Assembly (NCBI GenBank): GCA_003344405.1
Contig: NOWV01000017.1
Coordinates: 434,001-498,000 of the forward strand
From: Trichoplax sp. H2
Lineage: Eukaryota
Length of the DNA: 64,000 nt
Reading direction: 5' to 3'
Each line of letters starts with the position of its first letter. The first letter of the stretch is position 1. Of the stretch, positions 13,076 to 25,840 are shown piece after piece. The notes below the pieces were generated by a model. It was not told the DNA's origin. It searched no databases and saw only the letters and a list, made by a program, of their open reading frames with translations. The translations under genes were made by a program, and so were the position numbers.

Positions 13076-14847
13076 GGCTGATTGCTGCGATCGATAATTT
13101 TTTGAAAGGAAGCTACCTACCTCAGGATTGACTAATTACTGTATGTAGGAAGGTATTTATTGCTTACGATGAATACTGTAACTGTTTGTTTACTTTTTAA
13201 TAAATTTATTGCTTTTTTAATCAACTATTAATGCTATTATTATGTAGATTAGTTTCGAAGTTCTTTCTATTCTTGGATAAGTGGAAGGAATATACGACAG
13301 TATATTATTTAGTTAAATTAGTCAAGAATTAGAGATTATCAACTTGAAGGAATACGTAGTAGTATACACCTTTGACAAAGATGTGTAACTCTTCTACTGT
13401 TCACCCTAAACTTATTTACTTCATTAGTGAGTATCCACAAATTATTTAGAAAATTATATACGCATAAACTACCGTAAGCAATCATTTTCGTCCGTAAAAT
13501 TGACCAATGAATAGTTAACATACGGGCAATGTATACAAATGCCGGCGATAATCATTTTACGTGTTCCAATCAAGTTCTTGCATGATTTGATGCGAGAAAT
13601 CGATGATAAACAAGCTAAAATAATTTGAATCCCATAAACTAATTTTATTGTAATGCTACAGGTAGATTGATATATTTATTGCTCATACGGATATACAGAA
13701 GGATTTTACTTGCTTAATGAGCTGATGAGCTGATCGAAACCTTGTTATAACTTCTAAAACTGCGAGTGCATAGACTAGAGTATTACTCGACCAGGATACT
13801 GAAATACAAAGTTGAACTATTCGATTAGCATTTAGCGTCCGTCTGTAATAGGTCGATCAATAGAATAAATACCATTCCATAACAGTAAGTATTGGATTAT
13901 TAATAATGGAGTAAAAATGCCAAAACCGTGTAATTTGCCGATGTAATAATTATATGTAATGAATGAATAAGCGACCAATCTGGATGCTACAATACTTCAA
14001 TAGTAGCAAGGGAATTCATGAATACGCCAACAATAGATAACAGAAGAGAAATACCTTAGTAGAACAATTAATCCATCAATTATTTCCGATACATCAGTCA
14101 TTTAAATATATGATCATTTTGCCCATAACTTAGGTCAGAGATTCTTTAAAATAGAAAGAAGAGAAATGAGACCTGATTAAATAAACTAAGCTATGGTTGC
14201 ATAGTACTGCAGTACCGCATACCCGTACTCTGTAGCATCGAACCATACCGTTACTGATCAGTAGGAACTCCAGAAGACATAAGACTACAATGTTAGTTCA
14301 ATACGATAGCTGGAGAATATTGCACTGAATTAGCTATCGTTAGGATATGTCTTAATGAGTAAGAAGTTAGAAAGGAAATGTTTAGATGACATTGACCTCT
14401 GGATAGAGGAAGTAGCTCACAGGAGATCGATTATCATAATCACTTGTTGCAAAGGATGCATGTAAAATGATAAGTAGAAATTCCAGAAAGGTATATAGAC
14501 TATTGTATTAGTTTGATACTACAGTTGAGGAATATTACACTGAATTAATTAGGTTAAGATGCTAAATGAGATCGAAATTAGAAAAGAAATGTCTGCAAAT
14601 AATATTTAGCTATGGCGAGAGTAAGTAACATATAGAAAGCTAAAGCGACACTGTTACTTATACTGAATTGTACTGTAATAGGGTATAGTTACAGATGTCT
14701 AGTTATGCAGGTAGGGTAGTATTGCATACATCACTATAAATGCTCGACTTTACGTTATGTATTCTTAGCCTAGAAGATTTCACTACCGAGTCCCAGCAAA
14801 ATAAAGAAGATGGAAATATCGTTTGCGCATGGTTAGATTACTTTACG

Positions 14848-14861
14848 GTTGCTATGACAAA
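14848..14861. promoter_or_regulatory. RFX X-box-like motif upstream of TTC21B
   Basis: GTTGCTATGACAAA resembles the X-box GTTGCCATGGCAAC and lies ~185 bp upstream of the ATG of an IFT gene. Confidence 0.5.
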
Positions 14862-15045
14862 ATGGGTTCCCTATGCCTTAACATCAACTACTACTACTAC
14901 AGTAGAAGTTGGGCCCTAACTACAGCAAGGAAAAATTCTTCATCGTATATTCAAAGTAGTCAATTGACTTTTTACTTCGATATTCTAAGGCTGGTCGGTT
15001 AGTTGATATCGTGTATAAGTCGTTATCGAACGTTATTAAAGAAAA

Positions 15046-18000
15046 ATGGCGTCAGGCGATACATATACCCTGGTCAGTCTTAACATTTCCTTGCCTTCTT
15101 AAGTGTAGACGTAGATTGATCTCGTAGTTACTCATTATATGTTACGTCGCAGACTTATAGTCAAACAAAGGTTAAAGAAGCAGTTATCAACATTAACTCT
15201 ATCAGTACTATTGCAGTTACGATATGTTGTCTTTAATCTTGATTAACGGTGATTAGTCGAGAATGAAATAACAGATGCGCTATGGGTATTAAACGGTAAA
15301 TTATGGGCAATATTCTTAACATAAATATCTTTTACAGGCCTTAATTAATTTTTACTGCCGTGAAAAGCTTTATAATCATGTTTGTAAAGTGGCTACCGAT
15401 GCTATGAAAAAATATGGCAACGATAATATTTTACACTTTTGGCATGCATTCGGTCTTATTATGCAAAGTAAGAATGGCTCTAAAACAAACCATCAGTCAT
15501 TTCACACTTAATGATCATAATGTATTTCCTCATGATAATTTATTGTTGTTGCCAATTTAAATTGATAGATCGTGTATCTGAAGGAATGAGAGAATTACAA
15601 GAAATTGAAGATGACAAAAATGTCGTCTTATGTACAATTTTGTGCTTAGTTTATGCACATAAGAAGAGCAAACTCGTTGGTAATTTAAAAAATTCACACT
15701 AGATCAAACTTTTGTTTCTGTAATATAAACTTCACTGTCTCTTATTCAAAATTAATTATTCTGATTTTTATTTAATGCTAAATTATCTACAGATCGTGAA
15801 AGTGTACAACAATTAGATGCTAGGCTTAAAACAGAGAGACAAAATTGTAGCGATAAAGTATGTTTCATTGCGATTACCTTTCGACAGCATAAGACTATCA
15901 TCATACTCACCATCACTTTATCAATAGGCACTTTATTTTGCTGCAATGTATTTATGGCATATGAATAGAAATGATAAAGCTCGTGAATATATCGACAGAA
16001 TGTTAAAAATATCCAATGGTGCATCAGAGGTAGTTCAATTTTAATATGCTTACAACAAGAAAGCAGCTGCAACTTTGAATCTTAAGACAAGTACAATCTC
16101 CCACGAGACTAACCAGACTTAATATGATTGATGTTTCTACATAGGGATTAATTTTACGAGGATGGATCGATATTACAAGTGATAAAGAGCAATATGTCAA
16201 AAAAGCTCAAAAATATTTTGAAGAAGCATTAAATAGGTATGAAATGAATAATGCAAATACTGTACGCTATCATCCAATAAAGTTCATATTGAAAACACGA
16301 AGTATTCTCTGTATTTAAACTGGAACTTTAATTTTAATAATGTACTTTAGATCAGAATCATCTACTGAAATAGATGCCTTATTAGGCAAAGCAAAATGTT
16401 TCGAGCTAAAACACAATTATACTAATTCTGTGGAGCTGATCAATAGGGTAAATAGAATTAATTCTCTTACGAGCTATCTTGGTTATTATTTATTAAGGAT
16501 AAATGCTTAGATATTAGATGAATTCATTATATTACTTTTGGAATGTGTATCTAAACTGTAGACTATAGCCGCCTACCCAAAGTATACTCCTGCCCTAATC
16601 GAAAAAGCACGGATGCAATTAGCTTTGCAAGAATGGGATCAAGCCGTTGATACGTCTCGCAGGTAAATTAAATCTTAATATAGGTAATCATGTCACATTA
16701 TCATATTTATTATCAAATGATGATTTTATTCTTTTACTTTAAATAAGAACTCTCATTCAGGATAGTGATAACATCGCAGCAACTAACGTATTGGTCTTGC
16801 ATTCACTGTGTCGCATTGGTGATTATACACAGGCTGTTGACAACTTGGGAGAGTTAATACTTCGAATCGATAAAAATGAACCAAAGAATGCAGAGCTTTA
16901 TTATAAATGCGCAGTAACATTTTCAAGATTGGTAAGTCATGTAAAGTTATTCAAATCACAAGGGCATATGTAGGAAATGAAGGTCATCAACTGATAAAAT
17001 TCTATTCATTATGCACGTAAATCAGTGTGGTCGACAACTTCAAGTTATACATCAAACCTACACGCTAACTGAGCGAGCGATGACTCTTGCTAAAAATAAC
17101 TCCAAATACACGACAGAGGTAATAGATAGCAGAAAGTATACTTGTATGTGAGAACTACTATATTTTGCATAAGCGATAACTTTTATTTGCATTCCGCTAG
17201 GTGGGTAATCAATTGCTATTAATGGGAAAAACAAAAGAAGCGATGAACTATTTTAGTAAAGCATTAACACTTGATGGAACAAGTGTACCAGCATTAATTG
17301 GTAGGTCATAAAAGTATATATATTCTAGACTTAGAAATAATACACGTTAAGCAATCAATAATACATTCAACTTTCCCTTAGGTATTATTAAATGCCAAAT
17401 TGCTGAAAATCAATTCGATGAGGCCAAGCAGCAGCTCGAGCTACTTCAAGAAGTACAACAATCAATAGGAAAAGTAGCGGTAATCAAAATTCTGGTCTCT
17501 AAAGTTAAAATAAATTAGTCATTCATGAACTAACTAAAATGGAGTAAACTTAATATAATTAGGAAGTACCTTATTTAAGTGCAGTCATGGCGCACAAGAT
17601 TAATAGCGATATTGAAAAAGTCACCGGAATGTTAAATTCAGCGGTTGATATCCACTTTTCTTCATTAGGAGTAAGTTGATGTAACAAACGTTTTCCATAG
17701 TCGGACTTATTTTTGATAATTACGTTTTCATCTTACTAAATGAAAAATTATAAACAATTTTGATCAGAGGCTACCTCTTGGAATGGAATATTATATGAAG
17801 CTAAACCCAGATTTTATCATCCAAATTGCAAAAATGTATCTAGCTATCGGCCCCAGTGAGGTAACTGAAATCAATTGATAAATTCTTTTTAATTAATATT
17901 ATCACTTTTCCGCTAAAGTTAAATCATACTATCATTTGCTTGTACAATTATAGCCCGATACGTTTACCCAACGTATTCCAGTTAGTCTACGCCGTTGTGG

Positions 18001-21000
18001 TTCAACATTGGATCCGATCTCTAAGGGGTTGCCTGGACTTCGTGATGGCCATTATCTGCTTGCTAAAGTAAAATACTATTCCGGTAAGTTACGTGGTTTC
18101 ATTTATCATGAAGTAGTAAAAATTTGCTATAAAGTGAAGGTACTTACTTTAAATTGGATATTTTTTCAAACGATACGCTATGATACACGGGATTGAAAGA
18201 AATTTGGTTATAATTATGTTAATCCCTCTTATGTATTTATAAAAATGCTAATTTCTAGGTGCTTTCGATGCCGCTCAAGCTACATTACAAATATGTCTAG
18301 ACAATGATCAAACATTTTCTGAAGGCCACTTACTAATGGCTCAGGTATTTTACTCATTGAATTGTGACTTCAATTATATTTCGAGTAATTCAAATTTGCG
18401 TTGTATCAAAGCTATTTATAAAATCCAAATATATAACAGTAATTAGCGGTAAATTTCGACTTTATACTTATCAACCTCTACAATTTTAATTTTTTTGTAG
18501 ATCAATGCCTATCAAGGTAAATTTAATCTGGCAAACCAAGCATTAGATATGGCTTTAAGCTACAATTTCGAGGTATCTTTAGTGCTAGTTCGCCTTACTA
18601 TTTCTTTTAGAGCTATTTTTACGATTAATTCATAGTTATTCAAGTATCCCTTAACCGTTACAATTAAAATTTTTGCAATCTTTAATGTAACTCATTACAG
18701 ATTCGAGACTCTCCAAGCTATCATCTGATTAAAGCTCGTATTTTAAAGAAAAATAACGAGTACGAGGAAGCTCTAAAAATTCTAAAGACAGCCATGAATG
18801 TTAGCGGTGTCCGTAAATCTGGTAAGTAAAATAATAGCAGAGTAATAATACCTATAATTAATTGTAGCTATGTGTAAAATAATAGCAAGAATAGGACTAG
18901 TTTTTGTGATGTGCGGATGGTAAACGCAGCTTAAAGATTTTTATTCTCTTATAATGCACTTATACGATATCAGATTGTGTAAATAACATATTTACAACGT
19001 GGAGTAAAAGAAGATTTTCCGTAAATGAATTATACTACTAATAGGATTAAGCGGAGAAAAACAACTTACTGAGCTATATTGCTATTCATAACGATCTTGT
19101 AATCGACTCTTTATATCTTTTCTGTAGATTCTGCGAATAAAAAAAGCAAAGCACCTCCAATTTCTATATCTGATAGGGCATCGATTTTCCTGGAACTAGT
19201 GGAAGTTCATATCACACTTAAACAGCAAGTTAGCCTACTATATTGCAGTAGATCGCCTTTTTTAATAATGTAGTTTTTATCGTAATTGTAGAAAATCTTA
19301 CAGGAATGTAATATTCGGCTCTGATAATTGTTTTATAGCCCGAAGCTGCTAAAGTTATGCAAGACGCACTACATGAATTTGCCAATACATCCGAAGAATC
19401 CAGGTCATATTTAAATTCAAACTAAGTCAATGAGGGCTGTAATTAACTTTTATTAAAAAATTATTGCCCTAGACTATCAGTGAATGAATTCAAAGTTATA
19501 TATTAATATTGTATCTTTACTTAAATAGCATTAAAATCATGTATCTTCATATTTATAGACTCAATATCGCTAATGCAGATTTAGCTCTGGGGCGTGGAGA
19601 TATCGATCAGGCTCTTTCTATTCTGCGCAGTATTACGCCTTCACATCCGTAAGCCATTACTAAGCCTCCAAAATTTCATTAATCGTATGATAAACTACTG
19701 ATGTCATGCATTTACATTAGTATATAATATCGACTAAATGAAATGACATTAAGCTGGATAATAATTGCCATTACTGACTTATCCATTACAGATTTTATGT
19801 TAAAGCACGGGAAAGGATGGCCGATATTTACCTTAACTATCGGAAAGATAAACGTTTATATGCCAGTTGTTACAGGTTTCGATTCTATTACTGTATACTT
19901 TAATGTCTACGATGTATGGATGTTATTATAATGAAACGAGATATCATGAAAGCCAACATGTACGTATCTTCTACAGAGAATTAGCTGAGCAAGAGGCGAA
20001 TCCTCAAACGTATCTTCTTCTTGGTGATGCTTACATGAGCATTCAAGAGGTAAGCCAAGAACAGCATTAGCTGCAATCATAGACCAAAAATTAGATTCCT
20101 AATTTCGACTAAGATCGTACTTATCGTAGCATACACTGTAGTACACAGTAGATCGTGGATATCGGATAGCCAGTGTAAAACTACACGACAATTCATTAAG
20201 CTGTAGCCAATTCTTTTTCTTGTTGAAAAAGATCCAATACGATCGTCTAAAAATTGCTAATAACGTAGACAATATTAGTAAGATTTGAGCTTCTATTTAC
20301 GAATAAATCTGAAAAATTTACTTTGTTTTAGCCGGAAAAAGCAATTGATGCATTTGAAGCTGCCTTAAGAAAGAATCCACACGATGCATCTCTTGTCAGT
20401 AAAATTGGTCAAGCCTTATTTAAAACTCATCAGTATATCAAGGTATGATTGAAATTAAGCTGGAGGAATATTATAAACCTAAAGCTAAGCCCATAAGCTA
20501 AATATATTACGGTATTATTACATTACGGCCAATAATTATAATTAGTAGTAACTTTTTACTGTAATATCCCTCTTTAGGCTGTAAACTATTATGAAACGGC
20601 CATAAAATCGAATAATCAGACTTCTCTTAGGTACGTATGTCAACTACAATATCAACGTCTGGCATATTCGCATATTTTAATTCTATAAGTTCCATCATCT
20701 AAGCCGATAAGTTATTCTCAGTAGTCGTAGATATTGACTTTAATAACAGTTTGCAATCCTTTATGTTAACAGGATGGAATTGGCAGAACTTTATCTGAAA
20801 TTAAAGCAATATGAAAAAGCCGTTAGCACCATTACGGCGGTTGTTAAACAAGAAAAAACCTCTCATGATATTAATAGCCTAATGGAAGAAGCTAAAAGTG
20901 TTATGCTTTTAGCTCAAATCTATGAAAGAGTCAACATGCCAAAGCAATCTCTGGAAGCTCTACATAAATGTTTAGATGCTCAAGAAAAGTACGTTTATCA

Positions 21001-24000
21001 TCAAATCTTTTTGTTATGTTTAATCAATTGTTGGCTTAATGATTTGATGTTGATCTGTTTGTAAGAATCCTGAAAAGAGTAGGTGTTGAGCAGCCGGAGG
21101 CTAGAGAAAAGCAAAGGGAAATTGCAGCAAAGTAATGACTTTTCGTTACAGATACAGATAACATAAGCTTTTCTTAGTTTCTACATAGATCACATCCTTC
21201 ATAGCTTGTTAGCCTCTTTTAAATTAGCTATATCTCATGCGGCAGAATATTAACGGATTTAACGTATCATATGCTTACACGATAATAGATTTAATAATTT
21301 AATCTTCTCAATTTTTTCAATATCGCTTACAGAATTTGTTGTGATATTGCAAATCACCTAGCAAATGAAAGAAATACTGAAGATGCTATCTCATTTTATA
21401 AAAAAGCTTTATCTTATTGTAATGATCACATGGAATCACGCTTATCTTTAGCCAAGTTATATTTACAAAGAAACGAAATTGACTTCTGCCAAAAAGAATG
21501 CACGACAATGCTACAAATAGATGATGAAAATGTCGAAGCTGCCATGGTATGAATAGGCATTATTAACGGAAGGATTATTTTCCGTTATTTAGTTACATTT
21601 GGAATGCAACATTGATAATCTTTTTAATATTCTTATTTTAGATGAAGGCTGATATCTTATTTATTAAAGGAGACTTCGAAACAGCTACTTTTCAGTTTCA
21701 AAAACTTCTTGATAGAGTACCAAGTGAGAATAGCGAAATAAAGGATTGAATTACCATATTCGCTATCGATTATCTAATTAAGATTATTGCTATTTATAAT
21801 GTTTATGAAATTATGTTCCGTTTTTACCCTGACTACTAATGTTATTTTTCTTGTTTCTCATTGTGATTAATAGATCAATTTTCCGCTCTTGTACGATTAA
21901 CTGATTTACTTCGTCGTGAGGGTAAACTCGAAGACTGCCTTCCCTATCTTGAACAAGTGAGAATAAAAACAAGCTAATAAATCTAATGATTAAAATAATG
22001 GACTATTTTTTTATTGCATTATGCTGATTAATGTTTCAGTAATAAATAGTAATTGCCTTGGTGCTTTGATAGCGATTCTTTTGTACTAAATAAGTAGTCG
22101 CAATCTAGGAAAAAAGTTGTCCAAATAATCATTGCAAATCATTGTAATTTTTACTTACTCTGACCTTTATATTTAATGCATTCTTGTCCTGTACAGGCGG
22201 AAAGTGCTTGTTTGAATTCATCAATTGATCCTGGATACAACTACTGTCGTGGCTTATACGAACGGTGAATATTCAGAAAATAGTAAGATCAATTGGCTAA
22301 TTTACACTTTTTCTGATACTTGTGCATTACTATTGCAGGCACATGAATAATCCATCGGCAGCTATGAAACATTTTAACTTGGCTAGAAAAGATTCCGAAT
22401 GGTAATTTCATACTCTAGCTACGTCTTCTAGGGTTGTAATTCATTGCGCTTGATATACACTATTACTTAATCCATGTGAATTGAATGGCTTTAAAATAGG
22501 GGTGAAAAAGCAGTATTTGCTATGGTTGAGATATGTCTAAATCCGGACAATGAAACTTTAGGTATAGATATCTTACTTAAATATTATTATAAGTATATTG
22601 TGATCGAAAATTCTATTTATAATATGAAATAATTTCTTTAACTAATATTACAGGAGGAGAAACATTAGAAGCTGTTAACGAAGCGTAAGATTTTTTTGTT
22701 AGCATTTTTATTCCACTTACGGTTATAGCACTTATTCGTTACATGTATAAATTTTAGTGATGGCAATAAACAGAGCTCTGCCTTAAAAACCGCTAATAAG
22801 CTATTAAAAGTAAGTTGGAGTGCTATCAATTAAATTTTTACTGATTTCTTAATAATAAAATATTTGAATAGTAAATTAAGCTTATTAAAAATCTTTATGA
22901 AGTGCTAGCCCAATCACAACGAATAAACTACCATGTAATAATCTATTCGTTATGATTAGGTTAGAGAATAAACCGTATATCTAATTATGGTACACATTCT
23001 AACATTAACCTTGTTAAAATTTTGTGATAATAATTTTAATCAGTATTAGCATATCGACGACATTTGCGACTTAATCCATGTTAAATTTATTGCAATACAG
23101 TACAGTATAAAAATACCAGCATAGCACGTGCCAGCGTTTACGTTGACTGAAAAGGGCATAGAGCTATAACGATGTCATAAGCTAATAATAACTTATTTAA
23201 ATCAGTCATATCAAAAATATAATTCTTATGTTACCTAAACTAAATAATTGGTGTTCCAGGAATTAAAGCCAAAATCAGCCCCATCTAAGAAACAATTAGA
23301 TCTGTTGGAAAATTATGCATTAATCTCAACAAAGCAAAAGCAAAGTGTTGAAAAAGCGTTATCGAGCTTTATTAGCATGTTATCAGAAGACGTAAGTTTT
23401 CAGAGTTCATTAGCTTGCAGCTTAAATCAACATTATTTACCAGATTTGTTATTATGAAAACGTTGTATAAATTACATTTATTAAATACATTGAGTACTAT
23501 ATAAAATAACGGTGCGTATTTAAATTAGCAAACCAATATTACCGCATTACTGGGAACTGCAACAGCATATATGTTCCTCAAGCAAGTACCTAAAGCGCGA
23601 AATCAATTAAAAAAAATTGCTAAATTGGAATGGAATTCGGCTGTAAGTAGATTCTATTCTTCTTGGTACTTATTCTGTTTAATATTGATATACTAAGCAA
23701 TGCATATAACAAATCTAATAGAATGCAGAAGATTTTGAGCGAAGCTGGCTCTTACTAGCTGATGTCTATATTCAGGTAGATATTCAATAACTTCCCATTT
23801 CCTACACGATTACTTTAGATATTCAGTACCGTGCTTATGTATTTCTACCGGCTATGTTATTTTTAATATCTATTTCTGGATTTTATTTCTGTGGGCATAG
23901 TCTGGCAAATACGATAATGCAACTGAACTACTAAGGCATTGCCTAAAACACAATAAGGTAAAAACTGCCTTACTCTTATTTAGAGTCAATGCGATCATTT

Positions 24001-24728
24001 TAAGTCATTTCACTTTGAAATTACCCCTCTAGTTAGATTAGCTTAAATTATAACATAAGAAGTTTTTATTACAGATATGTGCAATTACTAAGCACATCCG
24101 TCATAACTTAACCTTAAATTCTATATCTAGAAATGGTAGTCATGATATTAGTCTACAATTGCAATTCTACTGTAACATTTAAATTACAGTCCAATTTTAG
24201 TCATGTAGTAAAGCATGTGAATACATGGGCCACATCATGGAGAAAGAGCAAGCCTACAAAGATGCATCGGATTACTATGAATTTGCTTGGAAATTTACAA
24301 ATCAATCTAACCCAGCTATAGGTAATTTTTATAGAAAATGGTATTAATTTGGTAATAGTTTCAAAATTTTATAAATTCACAATTAAATAAGAACTTTAAA
24401 TTGAAATGTAAAGATTTTAAAGTAACGGCAAAGTATTAACTCTAAATTAAAAGGAATGACTCTATACTGATCTTTGCCATTATGCGTATGACTGCAGGTT
24501 TTAAGTTAGCATTTAATTATTTGAAAGCTAAACGATTTGTTGATGCCATCAATATTTGCCACAAGGTAATTGAAGATAAAATCTGCGTATTCATATTATA
24601 ATATTAGTTTTAGGTTAATTTTATTTAAACTTGAATGTTTTTCTTTCTAGGTTTTGGCTGATAACCCAGAATACCCTAAAATAAAAAAGGAAATCTTGGA
24701 TAAAGCTCGAAATAACCTTCGAACTTGA
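15046..24728 (+). CDS. TTC21B: Tetratricopeptide repeat protein 21B / IFT139 (IFT-A), about 42 exons
   Basis: Starts [49 protein letters not shown]. Contains TPR-rich exons ([76 protein letters not shown]) and ends [18 protein letters not shown], all characteristic of TTC21. Confidence 0.96.
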
Positions 24729-25840
24729 TTTAAATAACATTATGTTAGTAATTGTAATCAATTATCGGTTTGATTTAAATCTGTAATATGAATTAATATA
24801 TATAGGTCGTCTCTTAAACAATCTGCTGCATAAGCAGATCGTAATACACGTCTTCACTGTATCTAAGTTACAAGAATATTACCTAATAGGTATTAATTCT
24901 CTTATAATTAAAGTCTCTTTATTCATTCAATTTAAATTTTTGCACATCGGACAATCGGTTTGTTTTTAGAAATTGACTTCATATCTTCTTATATGCAATA
25001 AATAAATCTCCAAAGGACATACAGGAAATTCTGATCAATTGTAAAGACTTTGATATAGCTGATGCAACCATCAATCCGGCTAATAGTATGTTAAAAAGGA
25101 CTAGGATTGATTATACAATTATTCATCGTGCGTTTGGTAACTAATATTCCCTATAGAGTACTATAGAAAACCTTTCCTTGCCATTCTGGCTATTTTAAAA
25201 TTTCCGAAACAACTTAATGACTAAGTAATTTCAATGTAAAGGTTATAGTAATAGTGGCAGTCGATAAAGTATACATCTAGCATCGTCTATGCTTTCCGAA
25301 TTACCCGTGAATGATGGTCTCTTAAATCTGCTTCTAGTGTAAAATAACTGTAAGGTTTTCCATGAAGATTACAGCTCAAGTATTTTATAGTTATTACTAA
25401 GAAATGAACTAATAAATTACTGCCGAAAAGAATTTTAGTACATTGTAACATGCAATCTAGTAAAGCCAAATAGTGATCATTTTTTTATTACAGTTATACT
25501 TTATTTCAGGCTAGTTTTATCAGAACTAGCTAGCAATTAAATAGGGGCTTACAGCTATGTTACGGGATCAATTTTTATAGCAGCTACTTTATCGAGATCT
25601 AAAATCTATATTTAATAGCATAAGAGGACTCCTTCTAAGTTATCAACTTTAATTAAGTCTGCTAATAGATGATAACTTGACTTGTTTTAATAAAATGATC
25701 CGCTATTATTATCTTATGTCGTTCGTCTATAACTACCGTACCAAATACTGTATACGTCGCAAACTCTTAGCTGTAGAATGGATATAAATCTAAGGTTATT
25801 ACTTTAATAATAATACTACAAGTGACTACAGATAATTAAT

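Noticed and set aside
15752-16072. 106-aa minus-strand ORF
   Set aside because: Antisense to TTC21B exons; no recognisable motif.
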